A model generated the notes under the pieces. It ran no database searches and was not told the origin of the DNA. It saw nothing but the letters and a program-made list of their open reading frames with translations. This document shows, one piece after another, positions 30,171 through 39,980 of a stretch of DNA of 64,000 bases. How positions within the stretch are numbered: position 1 is the stretch's first letter; every line of letters starts with the position of its first letter. The position numbers were made by a program, and so were the translations under genes. This stretch comes from Muribaculaceae bacterium (GTDB lineage Bacteria; Bacteroidota; Bacteroidia; Bacteroidales; Muribaculaceae): the NCBI GenBank assembly GCA_028689665.1, contig JAQVCR010000013.1, positions 2 through 64,001 of the forward strand, in the 5' to 3' direction.

Positions 30171-30178
30171 TAACTTTG
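30171..30178 (+). promoter_or_regulatory. -7 box TAACTTTG 16 nt upstream of second sugar transferase
   Basis: Matches TAnnTTTG and implies a very short leader. Confidence 0.4.
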
Positions 30179-30194
30179 CATCTTTATTAATTTA

Positions 30195-30770
30195 ATGCTA
30201 GTGATTAAAAGCATCTTTGATTGGATTTTCGCAATTTTTGGACTTATCGTCTTGAGCCCGATTTTGCTTGTTATCGCCTTAGCAATAATGGTGCAGATGC
30301 GCTGTATCAATCCTTTTTATACACAGAGCCGTATCGGACAGTATGGAAAGCCATTTAAGATATACAAATTTCGCACAATGTATGATGCCGATGAGCATTG
30401 CAACAAGCGTGAAAGTAGTATTGGCTTGCTACTGCATAAATATAAACTAAACGAGTTGCCCCAACTTGTAAATATCATCTTAGGTGATATGAGCTTCGTT
30501 GGTCCTCGCCCCGATGTGTCGGGCTATGCCGATAAATTGCAAGGTAAAGATCGTCTGATACTCGAATTAAAGCCCGGAATTACAGGTCCGGCATCGATCA
30601 AATACAAGAATGAAGATAAAATTCTTGCATCGGTAGATAATCCAAAGCAGTATAATAACGAAGTGATTTATCCCGATAAAGTAAGGATAAATCTTGAATA
30701 CTATTATAACCACACATTTATATCCGATCTCAAACTTATTTTTCTTACGCTATTTAATAGGAATTTATAA
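30195..30770 (+). CDS. second small PglC-type sugar phosphotransferase (paralog)
   Basis: KFRTM and NELPQL...GDMSFVGPRP motifs. Confidence 0.85.
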   Translation: MLVIKSIFDWIFAIFGLIVLSPILLVIALAIMVQMRCINPFYTQSRIGQYGKPFKIYKFRTMYDADEHCNKRESSIGLLLHKYKLNELPQLVNIILGDMSFVGPRPDVSGYADKLQGKDRLILELKPGITGPASIKYKNEDKILASVDNPKQYNNEVIYPDKVRINLEYYYNHTFISDLKLIFLTLFNRNL

Positions 30771-30819
30771 TAAATATGAAAATTTTTGTATTAAAATAAA
30801 CGTTTACAATTTAATTTAT

Positions 30820-30827
30820 TATATTTG
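30820..30827 (+). promoter_or_regulatory. -7 box TATATTTG upstream of GT2 gene
   Basis: Matches TAnnTTTG about 130 nt upstream of the ATG at 30958. Confidence 0.35.
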
Positions 30828-30957
30828 CAAATATAATTTAATACATAAGGTAAAACTTATACTCATAGTGTTATAAATAAATAAATAACTGTGAGACACT
30901 TATAAATGACCTGTTAATAAGATCAAGTTGGAGAGCCTAGTACTATAAGTATTAATA

Positions 30958-31749
30958 ATGAAAATATCTGTCGTTACAGCTGTGTTAAACAGCGCTAATA
31001 CATTGGGTAATACCCTACAATCGGTCTTAGAACAGACCTACGATGATGTAGAGTGTCTTGTCGTAGATGGCGGTAGCTCTGACGGCACTGTTGATGTTAT
31101 TAGAGAATATGAGCAAAAATTTGGAGGAAGGCTTCGCTGGATATCTGAAAGCGACAGCGGACTTTATGATGCTATGAATAAAGGCATAGAAATGTCGACC
31201 GGCGATGTTGTTGGCTTTATCAATTCGGACGACTATTATCATCGAAAGGATATTCTAAGTATTATAGCACATGAATTAGAGACCCACAAAGAAGTTGGTG
31301 CAGTGTATGGCGACCTGAAATATATATCAAAATACGACAAACGCATAATTGTCCGCCACTACTCGTCAAGCCACTTTAGCAATTGGAAATTCAGATTTGG
31401 GATAATGCCAGCCCACCCCACTTTCTTTACTTATCGACACTTCTACGATGATTGGGGATATTTCAAAGCAAACTATCAGATTTCGGGCGATTTCGAGTTG
31501 CTAATGCGATTTATGTATACCTATAAGATGAAAACACGATATTTGCCAATCGACTTTCTAAGAATGCGCGCAGGCGGACTCACAACTGCATCTTTTCATA
31601 ACACACTAATCGTAAACAAGGAGATACACCGAGCTTGCAAAGAAAATAATATACGCACTTTCTACCCATTGATATACAGTAAATATCTATTTAAAGTGTT
31701 TCAATGGTCGCCACAGGGATTCCTTCACAAATTGTTCAATAAATTATAG
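30958..31749 (+). CDS. glycosyltransferase family 2
   Basis: N-terminal ISVVTAVLNSANTL, a VDGGSSDGT segment, and DDY as the DxD motif. Confidence 0.75.
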   Translation: MKISVVTAVLNSANTLGNTLQSVLEQTYDDVECLVVDGGSSDGTVDVIREYEQKFGGRLRWISESDSGLYDAMNKGIEMSTGDVVGFINSDDYYHRKDILSIIAHELETHKEVGAVYGDLKYISKYDKRIIVRHYSSSHFSNWKFRFGIMPAHPTFFTYRHFYDDWGYFKANYQISGDFELLMRFMYTYKMKTRYLPIDFLRMRAGGLTTASFHNTLIVNKEIHRACKENNIRTFYPLIYSKYLFKVFQWSPQGFLHKLFNKL

Positions 31750-31762
31750 ACGATAATATGGA

Positions 31763-31797
31763 AAAATGGCACTCACTAATTGTGAATGCCATTTTTT
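31763..31797. terminator. hairpin plus T-run between convergent genes
   Basis: aaaatggcactcac / gtgaatgccatttt with one mismatch, followed by tttt. Confidence 0.6.
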
Positions 31798-31820
31798 ATG
31801 TTCTAATAGAGAGTACAAGC

Positions 31821-32168
31821 CTATAATATATTATTTAGCACATCGGGGATTGACAAGTCATCACAATTAATCGAAGCTATGAGTGCGCGCCCGGCATCGG
31901 TAAGCGAAAAGCGCATCTGTCGCTTGTCTTCTTTGCAAAGAAATCGCTCGATCAAATTTTTATTTTCAGCCGAAGCAATAACCTTCGACATATTAGAAGG
32001 CGTAAGCCCAAGTAATTCACCTAGCTCACCCGACGAGAGTCGCTCCGTTTTCGACAAAGAGCAAAGCAACATTCCGACGTTCATACAAATTCCATATCGT
32101 TTCTCAAATTGCAACTCAAAGGATATAACGCCACGTTGTACATCTCTAATTTTACACAACTTATCCAT
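31821..32168 (-). CDS. MarR-family transcriptional regulator
   Basis: A wHTH segment LSSGELGELLGLTPSNMSKVI...LIER. The start is moved to MDKLCKI so that it does not overlap the ferredoxin-like ORF. Confidence 0.6.
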   Translation of the reverse strand: MDKLCKIRDVQRGVISFELQFEKRYGICMNVGMLLCSLSKTERLSSGELGELLGLTPSNMSKVIASAENKNLIERFLCKEDKRQMRFSLTDAGRALIASINCDDLSIPDVLNNIL

Positions 32169-32169
32169 T

Positions 32170-32355
32170 TTAATCAACTTTATATACAGCATGCATAGCG
32201 CAAATACGCTTACACTTGCCACACTCAATACATTTATCGGCATCTATTACAGGCAATCCTAGCCCTTGCTGCGAAATCGCGCCTACGGGGCATTGCGAAA
32301 TCATCGGACATCGATGGCTCTGCGGACATCTATCTTTATCTACTACTAGAGGCAT
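32170..32355 (-). CDS. small 4Fe-4S ferredoxin-like protein
   Basis: A CIECGKCKRIC cluster plus a second Cys-rich half (CPQSHRCPMISQCP). Confidence 0.55.
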   Translation of the reverse strand: MPLVVDKDRCPQSHRCPMISQCPVGAISQQGLGLPVIDADKCIECGKCKRICAMHAVYKVD

Positions 32356-32359
32356 ATAC

Positions 32360-32836
32360 CTACTTATTTAATAATATCTCATCAATAGCCTTTTTAAAAT
32401 CGGCTTTGCCCATTGCTCCTTGCGCCATCTGAGGCTGTCCGTTCATCGGGACAAACAGCAACGACGGTATAGAACGAATACCAAAAGCCTGCGCAAGTTC
32501 CGGCTCTTTCTCTGTATCAATCTTATATATTACTATCGAATCACCATATTCTGCAGCCAACTCTTCCAAGATAGGTGCAACCATCTTGCACGGACCGCAC
32601 CAAGTAGCATAGAAATCGATTAATGCAGGCTTATCCCCAAGATATTTCCATTCTGTAGGAGATGTTTCAAAGTTAGCAACTTTTTGTAAAAAATCAGCCT
32701 TAGTCAATTCAATTGTTTTCATTTTTGTTTCTATTTTATTATTATTATTATTCTTATTATTATCATTTACCGTCTGCGAATTGCCACAAGCCACAAATAA
32801 TAGCACAGTAGCAAAAGTTAAAACTAGATTTCTCAT
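32360..32836 (-). CDS. exported thioredoxin (lipoprotein-type signal)
   Basis: WCGPC active site and the signal/lipobox LLFVAC. Confidence 0.85.
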   Translation of the reverse strand: MRNLVLTFATVLLFVACGNSQTVNDNNKNNNNNKIETKMKTIELTKADFLQKVANFETSPTEWKYLGDKPALIDFYATWCGPCKMVAPILEELAAEYGDSIVIYKIDTEKEPELAQAFGIRSIPSLLFVPMNGQPQMAQGAMGKADFKKAIDEILLNK

Positions 32837-33075
32837 TACTTCTTTAAATTAAATTTTTTAATTTGATTTTTATATACATCTTGTTTAGCATCATTTCCTG
32901 TTCCACATCCTCCGGCGCAACAACACGAAGCATTAAGTAATGCCTGAATTGCTAGTAATGCGCCGAGTATAACGAATACATATTCATTTGCGATTACAGC
33001 CCAAGCGATAATGCCAAGTCCGAGCAACAACCTTACTATACGAATTACATTCCAATTACTTATTAGTCTATTCAT
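32836..33075 (-). CDS. small Cys-rich membrane protein
   Basis: Two TM helices followed by CCCAGGCG. The start was chosen at MNRLISNW. Confidence 0.4.
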   Translation of the reverse strand: MNRLISNWNVIRIVRLLLGLGIIAWAVIANEYVFVILGALLAIQALLNASCCCAGGCGTGNDAKQDVYKNQIKKFNLKK

Positions 33076-33307
33076 TTTTCTTTTTATTTTTAAATGTATC
33101 GAATAATAATCCACCCAATATTGCACCTACTATTGTCGAATTTATTGGACTTGCAGTAATTGGGCATGTGCCACTCGCACAGCCTACTAGCGACCAATAT
33201 AAATATCCGCCTATCGCTCCTACCACCACACCAACAAGCATAAGCCAATATCGTTTGAAAAATTGTTTTGCCATAACTTTTATGAATTTAAGTTTATAAT
33301 CTATCAT
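33068..33307 (-). CDS. small membrane protein with C-x4-C motif (GCASGTC)
   Basis: Two TM helices. An alternative start is at 33274 (MAKQFF). Confidence 0.4.
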   Translation of the reverse strand: MIDYKLKFIKVMAKQFFKRYWLMLVGVVVGAIGGYLYWSLVGCASGTCPITASPINSTIVGAILGGLLFDTFKNKKKNE

Positions 33308-33348
33308 TTCGTTTCCTTAGTTTATTATTTCCATTAGAAATAACATCA

Positions 33349-33356
33349 CAAAGATA
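33349..33356 (-). promoter_or_regulatory. -7 box TATCTTTG (minus strand) for the redox operon, flanked by two ATTTCCA-containing palindromes (33325-33343, 33378-33394)
   Basis: Matches TAnnTTTG. The flanking palindromes are ttatttc-catta-gaaataa and aatttcca-a-tggaaatt. Confidence 0.5.
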
Positions 33357-33536
33357 ATACTATTTTCCTTAATAACAAATTTCCAATGGAAATTATTTAC
33401 ACATAACATTAATTAACGCACATAGCAAAAAAAATTTCTATTTAGCTACTCTAAAATAAAGCATAATGCCGCGCTGCGGCAATGTGCTGAAATCACTCTC
33501 GCGAGCTGCCATCGACAACACATTAATATACTCCTC

Positions 33537-33581
33537 AATAAAACGATATGGGGTCGGAACCATCAGATTCCAACCCCATAT
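33537..33581 (-). terminator. intrinsic terminator after the PUL operon
   Basis: Arms atatggggt / accccatat with further inner pairing. On the minus strand the hairpin is followed by CGTTTTATT. Confidence 0.65.
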
Positions 33582-33600
33582 TAAGCAATATCTATAAGTA

Positions 33601-35325
33601 TTATTTCTTGATAAACTTAATTGTTGTAGTGTTACCATCAACAGTTAACTTAGCAAAATATATACCCGATGCCAAAGCATTAACATCAACCGTTGTTGTA
33701 TTAGCAGCCTTAGCAACCAAAGCACCTTGAAGAGAATATACCTCAACATCGGCAGCGACAGTCAAGTTAAGAATCTCGGTTGCAGGATTTGGATATATTG
33801 AAAGAACTTCATTACCCACTGTCTCAACACCGGCACCCTTTAATTTGTAATCGGCAAATGTAATACCTGTTACAGGCTTAGAATCGAAAGCTAAAGCCAT
33901 TAAATCGCCATTCTTGTTAGAAGCTGCGCCGAAAGTAAATGTAGGAGTATCTATTTTTAAAGTCTCACCGGTAAAGGCACTGAAATTATAAATTAATTGA
34001 GTTTCGAGAGCATGATCGGCCTTCAAAGAAGAATATCCGGTTACAAATATACCATTATTATTAATAGTAGTACCAGTCAATATCTCCTCGTTTTTTGTAG
34101 CATCACCTTCATCGAAAGCACTTGCAGAAATCCAAGCATCACTCAAATCTTTAGCTTCAAAACTAGCTACAAACATATCATCAGAACCTACAGCAACGAT
34201 AGATTTTTTAAAAGCCAATTCTTTCTGGAAAATACCCGAAAGATATATTCTTGAATCTTTTACCAACACATCATTAACCTCAGTAGCAACATATTCATCG
34301 GTTGTAGTAGATGTCGCAAATTTCATTTGAGTTTCACCTGTTGCATTAGTTAATCTAGCAACACCCATAGCAAAAATAAAACCGGCTTCAGCAGTACCTG
34401 CGTCTACCTCCGATTTATTATTAAAGAGATCAAGAGTACATTTACCGGTCGAAGTAAATCCAATTCCGGTGAAATCAGAATCTGCACCCATAGTAAATGT
34501 TACAACCTGCTCACTCGATTGCAAGCCTTCTTTATAACTTCTTGAAAGTAAAGATGCCGGATAAGAATCGACTACTAAATCGGAATTAAATCCTAAAACC
34601 ACACCTGCTTTCATCGAAACATAAAAACCAATTCCCCAAACATCAGCCGAGCCCGAAGTAATTGATAAATCACCACTTGAAAGAGTTCCACTGAACACAG
34701 CCGAAGCATAAACCTTATTCTTAATGATTGAGATATTGTTTATCGTAACGAAAGCATCACCATCTTCAGCAAAATATGCACCTGTTGCAACAAGATCTTT
34801 ATTAAGCTGTGGAAGAATAACATTAGATTTTAAGATATTACCATCTTTATCATAATGTGCAATAAACGAAGCAAGTTGCTTAGTTGAGTAAGCGTCCTCT
34901 TGTTTGAATCCGGCAAGAGTTACAGTATTTCCATTTGTGCTGCCAAATATCACCTCATCGGCTAATATACCGGCAATATAAGCGCCACCATTTTCATCAA
35001 CTGTAATAGCCGTAATTTTGGCAGAACCTTGAAGAGCAATTTTCCAAATAGTATTCAACGAAGCATCTTTCTTCATCAAATAAGAGCTTGCTGCAATAGG
35101 CTCAAGACCTTCAAAAGCCTCAGTAAATACACCCGAAACGAAAAGCTCGTTAGATGCATTATAAGCCATCGCATTAAGACGCGATGCATCATCAGCTTTT
35201 ACAATATCTGAATAATTTTTTAAATGGATTTGCTCCAAATCTGAAACTCCAGATATTTGAGCATTTGCAATACCTACCATTCCTAGCAAGCAAACAATTG
35301 TCAGTAAAGATTTTTTCATAAACAA
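33601..35325 (-). CDS. secreted protein of unknown function with T9SS C-terminal sorting domain
   Basis: Has a signal peptide. The C-terminus reads SIYPNPATEILNLTV...GIYFAKLTVDGNTTTIKFIKK. Confidence 0.7.
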   Translation of the reverse strand: MFMKKSLLTIVCLLGMVGIANAQISGVSDLEQIHLKNYSDIVKADDASRLNAMAYNASNELFVSGVFTEAFEGLEPIAASSYLMKKDASLNTIWKIALQGSAKITAITVDENGGAYIAGILADEVIFGSTNGNTVTLAGFKQEDAYSTKQLASFIAHYDKDGNILKSNVILPQLNKDLVATGAYFAEDGDAFVTINNISIIKNKVYASAVFSGTLSSGDLSITSGSADVWGIGFYVSMKAGVVLGFNSDLVVDSYPASLLSRSYKEGLQSSEQVVTFTMGADSDFTGIGFTSTGKCTLDLFNNKSEVDAGTAEAGFIFAMGVARLTNATGETQMKFATSTTTDEYVATEVNDVLVKDSRIYLSGIFQKELAFKKSIVAVGSDDMFVASFEAKDLSDAWISASAFDEGDATKNEEILTGTTINNNGIFVTGYSSLKADHALETQLIYNFSAFTGETLKIDTPTFTFGAASNKNGDLMALAFDSKPVTGITFADYKLKGAGVETVGNEVLSIYPNPATEILNLTVAADVEVYSLQGALVAKAANTTTVDVNALASGIYFAKLTVDGNTTTIKFIKK

Positions 35326-35354
35326 ATAATTTATTAATTAATACATTAATTCAT

Positions 35355-36692
35355 TCAATTTGCTAATTCCGGATTAGCTGCAACAGCCTCCGACGGAATA
35401 CGCAAAGTGTATCGCTTATCATTTTGTTGCAAGATAAAAGTCTCGCCACTATATATTTTTTGTAATTCTTGACGAGTAGTACGACGCAAGTCGAACCAAC
35501 GATGCCCTTCAAAAGCAAGCTCTCTGGCGCGCTCATTATACAGTTCTGCTCTAAGATCATCTATCGCCATATTATTAATTAAAGCTTCTTTAGCGGTGAA
35601 CGAAGACGCATTATATCTCGTTTTCATAAATGATAACAAGATTGTTTTTGCCTCAGCAATGCCAATTTCATCAGATTCAAGAGCTGCCTCGGCAGCATTC
35701 AAATATATTTCACCGGTACGGAAAGTGCAACGATAATTATCATCGCCACCTTTAAGAGCTTGAATATTCGATGCTGTGAGTAATTTATAATATTTGCTGC
35801 GTCTTAAATCGCCCGATGCATAAAGATTATAAAAAGTTTTATTCACCTTTCCCGCCTTTTGAAATTGTGCAGTTAAGTTACGCTCAAGCGATACGATCGA
35901 TTCTACCGAGCGGAAATCGTTAGGCAAATATTTAGAAAAATCTTCTAGTTCGCTACGTTTCTCAAGCACTTTCTTCGAAGCATTATAAGCCTCTTTCCAA
36001 CGCCCCATATAAAGATATACACGCGAGCGCAAAGCATCTACCGAGACAGTATTAAAACGATAAGTCAATCCCGTCTCCCAACTTTCTACATTTATTAGTT
36101 TTTCTGCCTCATCAATATCTCGAAGAATCTGTTCATACACATCACCCACAGTATTTCTTGAAAGCACTTTATCTACATCGGTATTCATCTTTAGCGGTAT
36201 AGCTTTAGTAGTGGCAGGATCGCAAGCTGTATAAGGCTCACCATATAAATTAACAAGGAGGAAGTGCATATAAGCACGCAACATGTAGCACTCACCTACT
36301 AATTGATTTATCACGGCAGGAGTGCCATTAGTGATTTTATCCTTACTGTCGATTGTATAGTTTGCACTAAACATAATCTGATAGTAGCTACGCCAATCGA
36401 AAGACGAAGTACTCTCAGAAGGGCTGTCATCATTCCATGTCCAAATATCTTTATATGAATTCAAGTCTTCTTTCGATAGAGCCGCATCCATAATAAATTC
36501 ATCGGAACGAAACGTTGACTTTCCTCTATCACTTGGGACAATAGAATAAGCATTGGTAACAAACTCACGAAATTCAGTAGCAGTCTGTGGAATTACCTTG
36601 CCGGTAGGTTGAATATCTAAGAAATCATCACACGAAATAAGTGTGAATGCTAGTGTGGCAGATAATATATATTTAAATAATCTATTCATCAT
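35355..36692 (-). CDS. SusD/RagB-family nutrient-binding outer-membrane lipoprotein
   Basis: Lipobox FTLISCDD, with the C-terminal RWFDLRR and NPELAN motifs. It lies immediately downstream of SusC. Confidence 0.85.
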   Translation of the reverse strand: MMNRLFKYILSATLAFTLISCDDFLDIQPTGKVIPQTATEFREFVTNAYSIVPSDRGKSTFRSDEFIMDAALSKEDLNSYKDIWTWNDDSPSESTSSFDWRSYYQIMFSANYTIDSKDKITNGTPAVINQLVGECYMLRAYMHFLLVNLYGEPYTACDPATTKAIPLKMNTDVDKVLSRNTVGDVYEQILRDIDEAEKLINVESWETGLTYRFNTVSVDALRSRVYLYMGRWKEAYNASKKVLEKRSELEDFSKYLPNDFRSVESIVSLERNLTAQFQKAGKVNKTFYNLYASGDLRRSKYYKLLTASNIQALKGGDDNYRCTFRTGEIYLNAAEAALESDEIGIAEAKTILLSFMKTRYNASSFTAKEALINNMAIDDLRAELYNERARELAFEGHRWFDLRRTTRQELQKIYSGETFILQQNDKRYTLRIPSEAVAANPELAN

Positions 36693-36702
36693 TATTATAA
36701 TT

Positions 36703-39700
36703 TTAGAAATTAACATTTAAGCTAAACGTAAAAGTCTTAGGTATAGGTTGAGCAAATTGATTACCCATAGTTTCAGGATCCAAATAATTATTATAATTAG
36801 CTCCAAAGACAAACAAGTTGCGTGCTTCAAGAGCAACAGTAACCGACTCCATTGATGCTTTTTTCACCCACTCAGATGGCAGACGATAGGCAAAACGTAC
36901 ATTTTGAAGACGCACATGGTCGCCACGCTTAACCCATGTATCTAATTGTTCATAAAGTCCGAACTCGGAATATCGAGCATATTCAGCTTGACGATAGCCC
37001 GACTGCATCAAAACAGGGAACAAAGTATTAGTGTTTGTTGAAGTCCAACGATTTAATATATCGGCATTTGAATTTAATCCCCTGTCAAAATTTGTCGGAG
37101 AATATGAAGGAGTAGTCTTAACATACATCTTAAGATTGAAGATAAAATTAAGTGATAACTCAAAATTGCGATAAGTGAACGTATTCATCAAACCACCGGT
37201 AAAGAGAGGATCAGACGAGCCAATATATGTATATAGATCACGTTGCTCGGCTGCGGTAAGTGTGCTGCCACCATAAGAATTCAGTTTAAGCAATTCTTGT
37301 GCATTAACTTTTTCGCCAGCCTTGTTATAGAATAGAGGATAGCCTTCATCATCAAGTCCGGCACTCTTATATGCAAATATTGCGCCAACAGGATAGCCTT
37401 CACGTCCCGGAGTAGTCTGATTTTCAGGAACACTTTCCTTCAACACTTTATTATTATTATACGCAAAGTTGAAATTTGTAAACCACATAAAATCTTTTGT
37501 ATGAATATTACGAGTGTTTATCGACACCTCAAAACCATCATTTTTCATACTAGCCCAATTCACATACATCGAAGAGAATCCACTCTCAAGTGGAAGCATT
37601 CTAATTGCAATTAAGTCAGACCCATCTCTATTATAATAATCCAGACTTAGAGATATTGCATTATTGAAAATGCTCATATCGGCACCGGCAGTAAATGTCT
37701 TAGTCTTTTCCCACCTTAATTTTGTATTAGGAGCTGTGCCTACAACAATCATATCTTCTGTATAGCCCGGAAGCATAGTGATATTTTGATAATAGCCCGT
37801 TACTTGCGAAGACGTACTCTTGTCTATATTTCCTTGAATACCATACGACAGACGGAATGCAAGATTATTTATTTTCTCTACCTCGTTCATAAATGGCTCG
37901 TCACTTAATCGCCATAGCCCGCTAACCGAATATAGTGGCAAAAAGCGGTATTTCTTATCTACTCCAAAAATATCAGAGCCATCGAAACGCACACTTCCAC
38001 CTAACGTGTAGCGATGCAGCAATGTATACGATGCAGTTGCAAAGAATGAAGCATAAGCATTCTCCGAGTAAGACTTTGTAGAAAGTGGATACTGCTTTGC
38101 CCATGTATCGCTAGGGAAAATAGGAGCAACCGATTGAAGAGTCTTTCTATTATAGCCGTATAATGTTGCAGTAGAAGCTTTATACCACGTCTTTCTGATT
38201 TCTGTTCCCACCATACCCTCAAGCTCGTGAATATCGGCGAATTTATTGCTATATTCTCCTTGTAGTTTCCACGTAATCTGCGAGTTAGTACTTGCAGCAT
38301 TAGTGCATTTACCTCCATCGGGGAGGAAAGAAGTGTTGTTTAAAACAGCCAAAGTGGTACGCTCTTTATCTTTACGCATTGCATAAGTATCATGGTCGGC
38401 AACCATCTCCTTATTTGTATCATCTAATTGTATACCTAGTTGTGTGGTAGCCTTGATCTGATCGTTTATTCTAAATTCAGCATCTAAAATTGCTTGAAGC
38501 GATTTTGTTTCAAGTTCGTAAGATGTTCCATCTCTCTCCTCGAAGATATTGAATTTTAAGTCAGAATCCTCTTTACCTTGTATATCGGTATCATAATTAT
38601 ACGAGCCATCGGCATTAAAAGGAGTCTGATAAGGATTTGCGCGACGTGAATAATATACAGGATTGGTAAATCCATCGGCATCGGTAAGATTAGACTTATT
38701 CACACGACGATTAGCAAAAAGCGAAGCCCCAACTTTAAACCTTCGTGAAAGACGGTAGCTGGTTTTTGCAACGAGATTGAAACGATTAGCCTCTACCCCC
38801 ACTACATTTCCCTTTTCGTCATTGTAGCCTAACGATGTGTAATAAGTCGCTTTGTCATTTCCGCCCGAAAGGCTTAAATTATATTCTTGATTAAATGTGC
38901 TGCGAAACAGAATATCATTCCAATCAGTATTAATCGAACGAAGGTTGTTTATACGTCCTTGTACATCACTAGTCAACGCATTCCAGCCATTTGCTTTGTA
39001 AGAATCGGTCAATCCGGCAGATGCTATGATTCGAGACACATCGCCTTTATTTTCGCGATATGTATATCCCGACTTTAGCAAATCTAACTCTAAATCCACT
39101 TTCTGTGACGAATTTAAAAGATTAAGGCGGTCAATATCTGTCTTAGGAGAGAAGGACAAACGTGTAGAGAATGTTATCTTAGTTTTTCCCACCTTACCAC
39201 TTTTAGTAGTAATAAGAATCACACCATTGGCGGCTCGCGCACCATAAATTGCAGTGGCGGCAGCATCTTTAAGTACGGTTATAGTTTCTATATCGGCAGG
39301 GTTAATACCTGCTACCGACGAAGAATACAGCTCATCTATATCTTTAAGGTCTTCCATACTAGGCAATGAAGTACCTTCCATAGGGATTCCATCGAGTACC
39401 CACAGCGGGTCTTGTGTGCCATTAAGCGAAGCTGTACCACGAATACGAATTTTCGCAGGCGCACCCGGCGCACCCGATGTAGCCACCGATGAAAGTCCGG
39501 CAACCTGCCCGGCTAATGCTTGGTCGACACTCATCACATCGCCCAGCATATTATCATTTACATTTACAGTGCTAATAGCGGCAGTCAATTTACGCTTTTC
39601 AATCTTCTGATACCCGGTAACAACCACCTCATCGAGCTGTGCCGACGATTTCAGTGTTATTACCATATTAGAAATATTATCTTTAAGCGGTACGCTCTGA

Positions 39701-39969
39701 GTGGAATAGCCCACATAACTACACTCAATGCTCTTAGTTTTATCCGGCACTTCGAGAGAGAAGTTGCCATCTAAATCGGTAACTGTGCTTACATTAACCT
39801 TATCGCTACCGATTTTTTTTAATTCGGCAACAGGGACAAAGATAGATGCACCAATTATCGTCTCATTATTATCCGATGCCATTACTTTACCTTGAATAGT
39901 CTTGGCAAAAACGTTATTGCTTGCTAAAGCGATAACCAGTATTGGTAATAAATATTTAATTGTACTCAT
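36703..39969 (-). CDS. SusC/RagA-family TonB-dependent outer-membrane transporter
   Basis: An N-terminal carboxypeptidase-regulatory-like domain (IQGKVMASDNNETIIGASIFV), a TonB box/plug region, and a terminal F. Confidence 0.9.
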   Translation of the reverse strand: MSTIKYLLPILVIALASNNVFAKTIQGKVMASDNNETIIGASIFVPVAELKKIGSDKVNVSTVTDLDGNFSLEVPDKTKSIECSYVGYSTQSVPLKDNISNMVITLKSSAQLDEVVVTGYQKIEKRKLTAAISTVNVNDNMLGDVMSVDQALAGQVAGLSSVATSGAPGAPAKIRIRGTASLNGTQDPLWVLDGIPMEGTSLPSMEDLKDIDELYSSSVAGINPADIETITVLKDAAATAIYGARAANGVILITTKSGKVGKTKITFSTRLSFSPKTDIDRLNLLNSSQKVDLELDLLKSGYTYRENKGDVSRIIASAGLTDSYKANGWNALTSDVQGRINNLRSINTDWNDILFRSTFNQEYNLSLSGGNDKATYYTSLGYNDEKGNVVGVEANRFNLVAKTSYRLSRRFKVGASLFANRRVNKSNLTDADGFTNPVYYSRRANPYQTPFNADGSYNYDTDIQGKEDSDLKFNIFEERDGTSYELETKSLQAILDAEFRINDQIKATTQLGIQLDDTNKEMVADHDTYAMRKDKERTTLAVLNNTSFLPDGGKCTNAASTNSQITWKLQGEYSNKFADIHELEGMVGTEIRKTWYKASTATLYGYNRKTLQSVAPIFPSDTWAKQYPLSTKSYSENAYASFFATASYTLLHRYTLGGSVRFDGSDIFGVDKKYRFLPLYSVSGLWRLSDEPFMNEVEKINNLAFRLSYGIQGNIDKSTSSQVTGYYQNITMLPGYTEDMIVVGTAPNTKLRWEKTKTFTAGADMSIFNNAISLSLDYYNRDGSDLIAIRMLPLESGFSSMYVNWASMKNDGFEVSINTRNIHTKDFMWFTNFNFAYNNNKVLKESVPENQTTPGREGYPVGAIFAYKSAGLDDEGYPLFYNKAGEKVNAQELLKLNSYGGSTLTAAEQRDLYTYIGSSDPLFTGGLMNTFTYRNFELSLNFIFNLKMYVKTTPSYSPTNFDRGLNSNADILNRWTSTNTNTLFPVLMQSGYRQAEYARYSEFGLYEQLDTWVKRGDHVRLQNVRFAYRLPSEWVKKASMESVTVALEARNLFVFGANYNNYLDPETMGNQFAQPIPKTFTFSLNVNF

Positions 39970-39980
39970 AATCCTCAGTA

